From positions 1 through 42,325 of the IMG/VR virus record IMGVR_UViG_3300037043_000053: a stretch of DNA of 42,325 bases. One strand, written 5' to 3'. Both the position numbers and the translations under genes were made by a program. Positions 34,608 through 42,325 of this stretch are shown here, in pieces. The notes beneath the pieces are model-generated. The model searched no databases. It was not told the DNA's origin and was given only the letters and a program-made list of their open reading frames with translations. Numbering within the stretch: position 1 is the stretch's first letter; the number at the start of each line of letters is the position of its first letter. Origin of the DNA: a virus. Lineage: Duplodnaviria > Caudoviricetes.

Positions 34608-34748
34608 TCATTGCGCGTAGTTGAGCCATGCCAGAACGCCAAAGGAGGCGGAGGCCAGGCTGATGCAAATAGCGGTGAAGAGGCCGAGCATCCGGTCGTT
34701 TTGGTCGGCGATCTCGGCTTGTTGCTGGTCGATGGTTTCGCGGGTCAT
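34608..34748 (-). CDS. Small membrane protein (MTRETIDQQQ...)
   Basis: 46 aa, C-terminal TM; ATGA-coupled to upstream gene. Confidence 0.55.
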   Translation of the reverse strand: MTRETIDQQQAEIADQNDRMLGLFTAICISLASASFGVLAWLNYAQ

Positions 34749-34984
34749 GCAGCGCCCAGGTGGAGGTCAAGCCGGTCGATCAGCTGGCGGCCCTGGCGCT
34801 CCAGGTGGCGCACCTCGGCGCGGGCAATGTCCTGCAGTACCTGCATGCTGGCGCGGCGCAGCGGGTCTCGCACGCAGGCCAGGCACTCCTCGCGGCTGTT
34901 GATGGTGATGGTGAGCGCGTAGAGGCGTAGCTCGATGCTGGCCGCCTGGGCAAGCGTGGCGATGATGAGGGCGAGGGTTTTCAT
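34745..34984 (-). CDS. Hypothetical protein
   Basis: ATGA-coupled in early operon. Confidence 0.65.
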   Translation of the reverse strand: MKTLALIIATLAQAASIELRLYALTITINSREECLACVRDPLRRASMQVLQDIARAEVRHLERQGRQLIDRLDLHLGAA

Positions 34985-35322
34985 GCCTCGTCCTTTGCTT
35001 TCTGGATGGCTTCCTTGGCGGCGACCTTGGTCTCCAGCTCGTCTGCGTCCAGCATCGCTTTCAGCTTGCGGTAGTTTTCAGCGGCGTCGCGCAGGGCATC
35101 GGCCAGGTCTTCCATCTGGTCTGCGGTCAGGTTCAGCCGCAACGAAAACTCGGCTGGGCCTTGTTCGACCTCGAACTTCAGCTCGGAACAAAGATCGAGT
35201 CGGCTGTTGTTGCTGACCCCGGTGAAATGATGGATGGCGGTGAATACCTCGATACGGGCATCCTCAATCGGCACGTAGCGCTTGTTGTAGGTTTCGCCCA
35301 AGATGGTTTCGCGGTTGATCAT
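34981..35322 (-). CDS. Hypothetical protein
   Basis: GAGGAGG RBS; 113 aa. Confidence 0.75.
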   Translation of the reverse strand: MINRETILGETYNKRYVPIEDARIEVFTAIHHFTGVSNNSRLDLCSELKFEVEQGPAEFSLRLNLTADQMEDLADALRDAAENYRKLKAMLDADELETKVAAKEAIQKAKDEA

Positions 35323-35331
35323 GATGCCTCC

Positions 35332-35514
35332 TCAGTGACTGGCAACCCGGCGCAGCAGGCTGAGCGCCTGGCTGGCGTCGGCGCGGGTGCCGATGGTGAT
35401 GACACGGCCGGCGACGCGCCGACATATTTGGTAGCCGCGCCCGGCCGGCAGCAGGAAGCACGTCGTGCCCTGCGCAATGGCGCGGGCTTTGGCGAGTGTT
35501 TCGGTGCGGGTCAT
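35332..35514 (-). CDS. First gene of leftward early operon, hypothetical
   Basis: GGAG RBS before MTRTETLAKAR. Confidence 0.65.
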   Translation of the reverse strand: MTRTETLAKARAIAQGTTCFLLPAGRGYQICRRVAGRVITIGTRADASQALSLLRRVASH

Positions 35515-35541
35515 GGGTGGCTCCGGTTGGTTTGTGGAGCC

Positions 35542-35578
35542 ATTAAACACGTGTTGTTTTATTAAGTCAACACATGGG
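35542..35578 (-). promoter_or_regulatory. pL-like promoter with two operators
   Basis: TTGACT-17-TTTAAT on minus strand; AACACGTGTT (35546-35555) and AACACATGGG (35569-35578). Confidence 0.8.
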
Positions 35579-35590
35579 GAATTCATGGGC

Positions 35591-35614
35591 AAAAAAATAC
35601 CCGCCGAAGCGGGT
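35591..35614 (-). terminator. Terminator of the cI-associated transcript
   Basis: ACCCGC-loop-GCGGGT followed by ATTTTTTT on minus strand. Confidence 0.75.
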
Positions 35615-35619
35615 TGGGC

Positions 35620-36261
35620 TTAAAGGTATGCGGATGGTTTTGGTGGTTCTTGCTCGGATGCCGGCTTTGTTGGGTCGCTGTCGGTCATGTTGAAGCTATT
35701 GCAAAGGGGGTCGTCGATACCGGGGAGGCGTTGAGTTTTTTGGAGCGTCGCCCACTGTTGGCACGTTAGCCAGGTTGATCCTGGTCGTTCGAGCACGAAG
35801 TCAACTCGCCGCCAAAACAAGTCATAGAGCGCCGGGCTGATGATTCCCGCACTGATCGCCGGGCCTGTGCCGACGCCCATGCCGCTGCTACTTTGGGTAA
35901 CAACAGGCGAAGGGGAGAGACCCTGGCTGCTCTGGTTGACCGCTACCGTGGCACGGGTGCCGTCCGGCGTTGATGTTGCGCGGAATGACCAGTGGTCGAC
36001 GCCGGCAGCGGCACCGATGACGATGTAGACGAGCCAGCGCCGCCGCGCTTCAAATCCTGTTTCGCCGTGAGCGACCTGCATGTCGTCGCCATCTGCCAGC
36101 TTCAAAACTTTTTCTGCAGCAGCAATGACCTGTTCAGGCGTGGTGTCTGGATAAATCCGAGTCGTCATCGCCAGTTGATCATGCCGCGACATGGGGGGTA
36201 CGGCATAGTTGGCGCAGCCGCTTAAAGCGAGCGCGGCCAGGATAGTAAGGAGCGCTTTCAT
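35620..36261 (-). CDS. Putative lipoprotein (lysogenic conversion / exclusion candidate)
   Basis: MKALLTILAALALSGC lipobox; ATGA-coupled to upstream gene. Confidence 0.75.
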   Translation of the reverse strand: MKALLTILAALALSGCANYAVPPMSRHDQLAMTTRIYPDTTPEQVIAAAEKVLKLADGDDMQVAHGETGFEARRRWLVYIVIGAAAGVDHWSFRATSTPDGTRATVAVNQSSQGLSPSPVVTQSSSGMGVGTGPAISAGIISPALYDLFWRRVDFVLERPGSTWLTCQQWATLQKTQRLPGIDDPLCNSFNMTDSDPTKPASEQEPPKPSAYL

Positions 36262-36554
36262 CGGTGGGTCTCCGTTTGGGGGATGAGGCGGCAGTGACAG
36301 TGTTTGCAGACGCGGGCGTCTTTCAACACCAATTCCCGGCAGTCCGGGCATTTGACGTGGGTTTCCGGTGTTGGGGCGCCGGGTTCTGGGCTTCCGTCGC
36401 CTGGCGCTTTCCCAAGTACGGCGAGAAGCAAAAAACACAGTAGCGGCGAAATTATGCAGGCGAGGATGAAGTATCCAAATCCTGAGCGGCCGGCTCGGCT
36501 GGCCATGACGCCGCAGACGAAGGCGAAACCGAACCAGAAAAACGCAAGTTCCAT
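36258..36554 (-). CDS. Membrane protein with C-terminal zinc ribbon
   Basis: Two TM segments, GRSG.G motif, KCPDC.E...A.VCKHC. Confidence 0.8.
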   Translation of the reverse strand: MELAFFWFGFAFVCGVMASRAGRSGFGYFILACIISPLLCFLLLAVLGKAPGDGSPEPGAPTPETHVKCPDCRELVLKDARVCKHCHCRLIPQTETHR

Positions 36555-36653
36555 GATGGTCTCAACGGGGAAAATTGCTCAGTCTATTGGCGCACCATGC
36601 TGAAAGCAATATGACGTTCGTCGTATCCCCGCCTGCGCGCGCCTGGTGCGGGA

Positions 36654-37064
36654 TTACTGGCCGGCGCGCGGAATAGAGTTTTGACTGCTGGCGGCTTGTA
36701 GCAGTTGGCGTTCTTCGGCAAAAGCCAGTACCTCGTTTTGGCGCTCAGGGTTGAGGCTGGCCATGATCTTGACGACGGCCGAGGTTTGCGGCGAGTGAAA
36801 TTCGTGCACTGTGGCGGGTTCGTTGGCTTGCAGTTCCGACGCAGGCCCGGAGTTGCGGTAGGGAGTTTCGTCGCCATAGACCAGCCAAAGAACAGATACG
36901 TGCAACGCGTGGGCAATCTGGGTATCCCATTCTGACCGCTTGCTGTCTCTCTTGATCAGGTTGGACAGTGCCTGTGGCGTCAGCTCAGGGATGGCGTCAT
37001 AGAGCGCCTTGCGCTCCCATCCGAGTTCCTTGAGCCGGTGTTCGATGCGCTTTCCGAGGTTCAT
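36654..37064 (-). CDS. cI: CI-like repressor (XRE HTH, no S24 peptidase domain)
   Basis: LGKRI..RL, IAHALHVSVLWLVYG; divergent from cro; alternative start 37082. Confidence 0.8.
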   Translation of the reverse strand: MNLGKRIEHRLKELGWERKALYDAIPELTPQALSNLIKRDSKRSEWDTQIAHALHVSVLWLVYGDETPYRNSGPASELQANEPATVHEFHSPQTSAVVKIMASLNPERQNEVLAFAEERQLLQAASSQNSIPRAGQ

Positions 37065-37077
37065 GTTGTGATCTTGG

Positions 37078-37137
37078 AACATTTGTTTAGCAGAACCAAC
37101 AACGCGTGTTGACTAACAATCCCCACGTGTTTATTCT
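37078..37137 (+). promoter_or_regulatory. pR-like promoter with three operators
   Basis: TTGACT-17-TATTCT; AACATTTGTT (37078), AACGCGTGTT (37101), CCCACGTGTT (37122). Confidence 0.8.
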
Positions 37138-37144
37138 GTCGGGC

Positions 37145-37504
37145 ATGGAAGCTCTTAAATCCGCGATTGAACGTGTCGGCAGCCAAAGCCGGCTGGCGTC
37201 CATCCTTGGCGTGACGCCGCAGGGGGTGCACAACTGGGTGCTGCGCAACCGTGTGCCTGCCGATTACTGCCCTGCCATCGAAAAAGCCACCGACGGCGCC
37301 GTGCGCTGCGAGGATCTGCGCCCCGATGTGGACTGGGGCTATCTGCGCGGCACCGGCGACCGCTCGGATGTCAGTTCCGGCCGCCGCGAAGTGCCCACCG
37401 CGGCCCCGGTCGAATGCGCCTCCGGCGATCCGCGCCACGGCATTGATCGCCGCCAGCCCGACCAACGCCTGGTGGATCGCCGAAAGGAGTGCGGCGATGC
37501 GTGA
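37145..37504 (+). CDS. cro: Cro/YdaS-like regulator
   Basis: GSQ..LA..LGVTPQ.V.NW, CPAIEKAT.G.V.CEDLRPDVDW motif. Confidence 0.88.
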   Translation: MEALKSAIERVGSQSRLASILGVTPQGVHNWVLRNRVPADYCPAIEKATDGAVRCEDLRPDVDWGYLRGTGDRSDVSSGRREVPTAAPVECASGDPRHGIDRRQPDQRLVDRRKECGDA

Positions 37505-37508
37505 CGTC

Positions 37509-37946
37509 TCACCCGTAAAACGTATGCGTTTTGTCTGCAAGGCATTCGTAGGCGGTGCCGAGCATGCCGTCGTGGACCACATGAAGAACCGATTTGACGC
37601 CTTTGTCGTAGCAAACCTGACAAAGGTAATGCTCTGGCTCGGCGCTCTCGCCGTCTGGTGCAGAGCGGTAGGCGATTTGACCGGGAGCAAGTTCATGCAG
37701 AAGGTATCGCTTCCTGTCGGCAATCTTGCTGTGAAGGTCTCGATTCTCGCGCTCAAGTTCGCTTTTCGCCGCTTGGCACGCGCTGAGCGCCTCCGCGAGC
37801 TGGAGTCCAGCCATGGATAACGCGAGGTGCTTGGTGTTGATGTCGGCAAGGGCGGCATCGAGCTTGGCTTCATCGCGTGCCTCGATGGCTGTTTTCGCCA
37901 GGCCGAGCGCTGATGACAACGCGCTCATTGCTGCCATGAGTTCCAT
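37509..37946 (-). CDS. Coiled-coil plus zinc-ribbon protein, antisense in the early-right operon
   Basis: Helical N-term, HYLCQVCYD..KSVL; AAGGA RBS. Confidence 0.75.
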   Translation of the reverse strand: MELMAAMSALSSALGLAKTAIEARDEAKLDAALADINTKHLALSMAGLQLAEALSACQAAKSELERENRDLHSKIADRKRYLLHELAPGQIAYRSAPDGESAEPEHYLCQVCYDKGVKSVLHVVHDGMLGTAYECLADKTHTFYG

Positions 37947-38204
37947 GGGCCATTCCTTTCTTCGTGAGTTGATGGGAGTCGCATCCGCATCTTACGCGAC
38001 TGGAATGGCCCTCCTTTTGTCTCTCCTTGCGGTCCATCTTCCCTGTCTCCCTCCTGGGTGGATCGTTTTCCGGTGCCTTCGGGCGCCGGCTTTTTCTTCC
38101 GTGGGTCGCCGGCCGTGTGTTCTCCGGCCGTCGATTGCAGTCTATTTTTTTTGCCCGAATCAGACACCCCTAATCGCCCCTAATCATTAGGGGAAGGAGG
38201 AAAC

Positions 38205-38579
38205 ATGCAAGGGAAGTTGTTTTTCGAGGATGAGTACGAGGCGCTGAACTTGATGGTCAGCAATTCGGCCAGGTCAGCCAAGGAGCTGGCCTGCTTCCTG
38301 TTTCCGCATCTGAAACCTGAGTCGGCATATGCCAGGCTGAAGTCTTGCCTGAGCGCGGAGCGGGATGAGCGCCTGACCTTCGGCCAGATCATCGCCGCCA
38401 TGCGCTTTTGCGAGTGCTACGAGCCGCTGATGTTTGCCTGCGACGAAACGCATCACGCCCGCCCGGATCGCTGTGCGCCGGATGACGAGAAGGTGCGTCT
38501 GGTGGAGGCGATCAACGGCGCAGCCGAGGTCATGCAGCGGGCGATGCGCCAGCTTGAACATATTCGCCAGCAGGGCTGA
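38205..38579 (+). CDS. CII-like regulator
   Basis: Between cro and replication gene; strong GGAGG RBS; helical HTH-like. Confidence 0.6.
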   Translation: MQGKLFFEDEYEALNLMVSNSARSAKELACFLFPHLKPESAYARLKSCLSAERDERLTFGQIIAAMRFCECYEPLMFACDETHHARPDRCAPDDEKVRLVEAINGAAEVMQRAMRQLEHIRQQG

Positions 38580-38587
38580 TATAGACC

Positions 38588-40729
38588 ATGTCAGACAATA
38601 AAAAGATCGACACGGTGGCGCTGTTGGAGAGGGTGGATATTGTCGAGCTGATCGACGGCTATGTGCCGCTGGCGAAGAACGGCGCGGAGTATGAGGCGTG
38701 CTGCCCCTTCCACAGCGAGGCGACGCCGTCGTTCAAGGTGAACCGGGCCAAGCAGTTTTATCACTGCTTCGGCTGTGGGGCTCATGGGGATGCGATCAAG
38801 TTCCTGATGGAGCATCAGGGCCTGCCGTTCATGGATGCGGTGAAGCAGTTGGGTGGCGATGTTCCGGCGGCGCCGCCTGTCGAGCGTCCGGTGATGCCGG
38901 CGCCCGAGAAGGCGCGGCGCACGCCCTGGGTGCCGGTGCTGCCGGTGCCGGTGCATGCCGGCGAGCCGCCGAAGGCGCATGTTAAGCGCGGCCTACCGGA
39001 GCGTACCTGGCGCTATCTGAATGCTGCCGGTGAGATGCTGGGCATCGTGATGCGCTTCCGTACCAGCGACGGCGGCAAGGAAGTGCTGCCGGTGGTCTGG
39101 GCAAAAAATGAGGATACCGGTGCCGAGGAGTGGCGCTGGTTGTCTTTCCCTGAGCCTCGCCCGCTGTATGGGCTGGATCGCCTGGCGGCTCGCCCGGATG
39201 CCACTGTGTTGCTGGTGGAAGGCGAGAAATGCGCCGATGTGGGGCATGCTGAGCTTCCCGAGCTGGTGGTGGTGTCGTGGCCGGGTGGCGGCAAGGCGGA
39301 TGGCAAGGTGGATTGGTCGCCGCTGGCGGGTCGCAAGGTGCTGACCTGGGCGGATGCGGATGCGAAGCGCGTGCCGCTGACGCCGGATGAGCGGGCGCAG
39401 GGGATCGAGCAGCGTGCCAAGCCGCTGCTGCCGGAGGCTGAGCAGCCGGGTGTTGCCACCATGGCGCGTATCCGCGAAAGGCTGCTGTCCATGGCCTGTC
39501 GGGTCTGGGATGTGCAATTACCGCCGCCCGGTGCCAAGCCGGATGGCTGGGACGTCGCCGATGCGGTGGGAGAGGGTATTTCCGGTGCTGTTTTGGCTGA
39601 TTTTGTGCGGGATAGGGTCCGTTCCATCGTTCCACAGGCCGGCGCTCAATTGGCGGAACAGCCTGTGCCGGTGCGGGTTTCACGCGGAACGGTGCCGGTT
39701 GCCGGCAGCGAGAAAAAGCGCACGGATACGGCTTTGCTGGTTGATGCGAGTGATTGGCTGGCGGCCAGTACCCCACCGGTTTATGTGGTGGAGGGCATCG
39801 TGCAGCGGGGCCATCTGTGCGCACTGACGGCAGTGACAAACCACGGCAAGACAGCGGTCGGTCTGCTGCTGGCGATCTGCGTGGCGACTGGCCGCAAGTT
39901 CGCCGGCCGGGAGATCGTGCAGGGCAAGGTGCTGATCCTGTGCGGTGAGAACCCGGATGGTTTCCGGACCCGCTTGCTGGCGACGCTGATGGCCATGGGC
40001 CTAGAGCGTGGCGATGTGGCCGGGTTGATCACGGTGCTGCCGCTGGCGCTGCGCATCGGCGAGTACGCCGAACAGATCGTCCAGGAGGCCAGGGCGCAGG
40101 GCGGTGAATACGCGCTGGTGCTGGTGGATACCTCGGTGAGCTATTTCACCGGCGACAACGAGGATGACAACCTGCAGGCGCGTAACCATGCGTGGCATCT
40201 GCGCGCGCTTGTGGAACTGCCGGGTCATCCGGCGGTGATCGCCAACTGTCACCCGACAAAGAGTGCTGACCGGGACAGCCTGCTGCCACGCGGCGGCGGC
40301 GCGTTCCTGAACGAAATCGACGTGAATCTGACGGTCTGGGCAGAGGGCGAATCGGCCACGATGCACTGGCACCGGAAGAAGCGCGGACCGGACTTTGACC
40401 CGATCCCTTTCGAGTTCCACGGGAAGACGATCGAGGAGCATGGCGTCAAGGTTCCAACGGTGGTGGCTGTGCATATCACCGAGCAACGGGCTGAGCAGAT
40501 CCGCAATGATCGCAGCCAGGAAGAGGATCGGCTTCTCTACGCGATCCTGCATCACCCGGAGGAGTCTTACCCTGGCCTGGCCTCTCTGTGCGGCTGGAAT
40601 GGGGACAAGGCAAAGAGCAAGGTCAGCCGGGTCATGGGTCGTCTCAAGGACGACCAGCTAGTCAAGAAACACCGTGGTCGCTGGGTATTGACCCCGACAG
40701 GTAAAACCGAAGCCGAGCGCATTCGGTGA
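38588..40729 (+). CDS. Primase-helicase (CHC2 zinc finger, TOPRIM, RecA-like AAA helicase)
   Basis: CPFH.E.TPSF..FYHCFGCGAHGD; LVEGEK, DAD; Walker A NHGKT, Walker B LVLVDT. Confidence 0.9.
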   Translation: MSDNKKIDTVALLERVDIVELIDGYVPLAKNGAEYEACCPFHSEATPSFKVNRAKQFYHCFGCGAHGDAIKFLMEHQGLPFMDAVKQLGGDVPAAPPVERPVMPAPEKARRTPWVPVLPVPVHAGEPPKAHVKRGLPERTWRYLNAAGEMLGIVMRFRTSDGGKEVLPVVWAKNEDTGAEEWRWLSFPEPRPLYGLDRLAARPDATVLLVEGEKCADVGHAELPELVVVSWPGGGKADGKVDWSPLAGRKVLTWADADAKRVPLTPDERAQGIEQRAKPLLPEAEQPGVATMARIRERLLSMACRVWDVQLPPPGAKPDGWDVADAVGEGISGAVLADFVRDRVRSIVPQAGAQLAEQPVPVRVSRGTVPVAGSEKKRTDTALLVDASDWLAASTPPVYVVEGIVQRGHLCALTAVTNHGKTAVGLLLAICVATGRKFAGREIVQGKVLILCGENPDGFRTRLLATLMAMGLERGDVAGLITVLPLALRIGEYAEQIVQEARAQGGEYALVLVDTSVSYFTGDNEDDNLQARNHAWHLRALVELPGHPAVIANCHPTKSADRDSLLPRGGGAFLNEIDVNLTVWAEGESATMHWHRKKRGPDFDPIPFEFHGKTIEEHGVKVPTVVAVHITEQRAEQIRNDRSQEEDRLLYAILHHPEESYPGLASLCGWNGDKAKSKVSRVMGRLKDDQLVKKHRGRWVLTPTGKTEAERIR

Positions 40730-40857
40730 TGACGATGATGACATTCCGCTTCCTAACCGGCCAGGCCATGCCTGACAGATCCGGGGACTTCGTGCGGCGT
40801 GTGGGTGGTGTTTCTGCTGGTGGTTTTGCTGATGGTTTTTGGGTGCCGGTTGGGTCT

Positions 40858-41011
40858 GTTCCGCTGTGGGCGGAACGGAAACGGCGTGTCTGGAACGCAA
40901 TCTGCCGAAAGGCCTGTATTCATGCGGCTTTCAGTGTGTTTTTCAGAAGTGGAACGGATGGAACGGCAATTCCCTCTCTCTCCCCCCTTAGGGGGGAGGA
41001 GAGAGAGGGAA
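40858..41011. other. Candidate replication origin (GGAAC repeats plus strong hairpin)
   Basis: Five GGAAC(G)/GTTCC copies and a long pyrimidine/purine inverted repeat at 40970-41011. Confidence 0.45.
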
Positions 41012-41040
41012 TGCCGGCGGCCAGCATCGGCGGTCTGCCA

Positions 41041-41250
41041 ATGACCGACGACGAAAAATCGGCATGGCTTAGGGCAAACCTTCCGGTGGTGGCCAAGGTG
41101 GTCGACGAGTTCTCGGCGGTCTATGGCCGGGATGGAATCCGCGTGGTCTATGCCGCTGAGGCAGGCCATGAGCTCGGCAAGCGCAGCCCTGACGGGGTGA
41201 GCCTGGCCGACACCTTGGTCGGTCCGCTGGCCAGAAAGGCGGTGAAGTGA
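41041..41250 (+). CDS. Hypothetical protein (MTDDEKSAWLRANLP...)
   Basis: C-terminal part of the 40726-41250 ORF looks coding; YA.EAG..LG motif. Confidence 0.65.
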   Translation: MTDDEKSAWLRANLPVVAKVVDEFSAVYGRDGIRVVYAAEAGHELGKRSPDGVSLADTLVGPLARKAVK

Positions 41251-41441
41251 TGGCCAGCGTACCGTTTTCGTGGATGTGGAAAGACCCGGCCTTGACCATC
41301 GACCAGCTGCGCTCGATGAACGAACGCATGGCCGATGAAGAGAAGCGACTCAAAGAGCAGGAGCGCCGCCGCAAGGCCCGGCGTATCCGCAAATTGACCA
41401 AGCTGGCCAAGGCCGGCGCGCTGAAGGGGCAGCAACGATGA
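41247..41441 (+). CDS. Small basic hypothetical protein
   Basis: Coupled to both neighbours. Confidence 0.6.
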   Translation: MMASVPFSWMWKDPALTIDQLRSMNERMADEEKRLKEQERRRKARRIRKLTKLAKAGALKGQQR

Positions 41442-41806
41442 TCGAGTATGTGCACACACAGCTGTCCATCTGGGGCCGCTGGTCTGGCCGCAAAGAGCGC
41501 GCGGCAATCGGCTACCCGTCGATCAGCCCGATGTTCATGGATGCCCGCTTTGGCGGCGTCTACGGCAGCCGGCCGCCGGTTGGCGTTGAGGTCTGTGGGC
41601 ATGACCACATCCAGGACACAGACGCCGCCGTGCAACGGCTGGGCCAGGATCATCGGCGCCTGGTGGTGGAGTATTACGTCGTGGGCGGTACCGCCTCAGA
41701 CGTGGCGCGTCGGCTGGGTATTGCCCGCCAGCGCCTCTACGAGCGGCTGCATGCCCTGCATCAAACGATGCTCGGTCTTTTGAACGACGTGGTCGCGGGG
41801 TGTTGA
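41438..41806 (+). CDS. Q-like late antiterminator / late regulator
   Basis: L..WGRW N-term, C-terminal HTH (A.RLGI.RQ..YERL); followed by promoter and terminator. Confidence 0.75.
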   Translation: MIEYVHTQLSIWGRWSGRKERAAIGYPSISPMFMDARFGGVYGSRPPVGVEVCGHDHIQDTDAAVQRLGQDHRRLVVEYYVVGGTASDVARRLGIARQRLYERLHALHQTMLGLLNDVVAGC

Positions 41807-41832
41807 CAGTGCCCGGACACTTATTGTATAAA
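41803..41832 (+). promoter_or_regulatory. Late promoter (pR'-like)
   Basis: TTGACA-18-TATAAA immediately after the Q-like gene. Confidence 0.65.
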
Positions 41833-41858
41833 GCCGGCACGCTGATGTTGTTGCGTTC

Positions 41859-41891
41859 AAAGCCCGGTGCCCAAAAGGATGCCGGGCTTTT
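41859..41891 (+). terminator. tR'-like terminator
   Basis: AAAGCCCGGT...GCCGGGCTTTT shortly downstream of the late promoter. Confidence 0.7.
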
Positions 41892-41905
41892 ACTTTTGGT
41901 GCCTC

Positions 41906-42307
41906 ATGCCCGTATCCGCTCCTAAGCCCTGCCGGCATCACGGCTGCGGCAAGCTGGTCGGCGATGGCTCCGGCTACTGCCCAGACCACAAGCGAGCCGC
42001 CCCTGGCTCCTTTGCCGACCGCACCCGGGGCAGCCGCCACGAACGAGGCTACGGCACCGACTGGGACAAGCTGAGGGAAAGCATTTTCAGGCGCGACAAC
42101 GGTCTGTGCCAGGAGTGTCTGAGGCAAGGCAAGCTGACCGCTGTGGGCCACAAGCCCTACAGCGCCTACTGTGACCACATCGTGCCGAAGTTCGAAGGCG
42201 GCACCGACGACGACAGCAACCTGCAGACCCTGTGCCGGTCCTGCCACCAGGCCAAGACCGACCGCGAGAAGAACCGAGCGCAGGGGAGGGGCGGGTCAAA
42301 TCTCTAA
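41906..42307 (+). CDS. Terminase-associated HNH endonuclease (HK97 gp74-like)
   Basis: PC.H.GC, RGYG..W.KLR, LCQEC, DHIVP...GG.D..NLQ.LC..CH..KT; adjacent to cos. Confidence 0.92.
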   Translation: MPVSAPKPCRHHGCGKLVGDGSGYCPDHKRAAPGSFADRTRGSRHERGYGTDWDKLRESIFRRDNGLCQECLRQGKLTAVGHKPYSAYCDHIVPKFEGGTDDDSNLQTLCRSCHQAKTDREKNRAQGRGGSNL

Positions 42308-42325
42308 CCCCCCACCGCCCAGGAC

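Larger units (their letters stand above)
1..42325. mobile_element. Temperate siphophage genome (HK97/lambda-like architecture), apparently complete and opened at cos
   Basis: Full module set from terS to HNH in lambdoid order; integrase internal; no host housekeeping genes at either end. Confidence 0.95.

Noticed and set aside
40726-41040. N-terminal part of the 174-aa ORF 40726-41250
   Set aside because: Runs through repeat and hairpin-rich DNA; only the part from ATG 41041 looks like a real protein
1-42325. tRNA, rRNA or IS elements
   Set aside because: No cloverleaf, rRNA-like or transposase sequence recognised by eye; a tRNA scan was not run

Overview
The window appears to be one essentially complete ~42.3 kb temperate, lambdoid/HK97-like siphophage genome, GC-rich and probably infecting a betaproteobacterium (inference). 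It is linearised at its cos site: it starts just upstream of terS and ends just after the HNH gene. Gene order: terminases, portal, ClpP protease and major capsid protein; a ~6 kb block of atypical genes; neck and tail genes; holin, endolysin and spanins; a large serine recombinase with a candidate 50-bp attP; a long leftward early operon; a cI/cro switch with operators; cII-like, primase-helicase, Q-like and HNH genes. Two systems stand out. (1) A complete diversity-generating retroelement (RT, Avd, TR) in the early operon. It diversifies two small tandem, non-tail, DUF1566/C-type-lectin-like proteins. Every TR/VR substitution is at a TR adenine, one VR carries a +1 indel, the TR lies inside the RT open reading frame, and 8-bp tandem repeats follow both VRs. 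(2) A canonical integron attC site delimiting a 374-bp gene cassette at the end of the same operon, with no integron integrase in the phage. Product calls come from motif recognition and synteny only; no searches were run.
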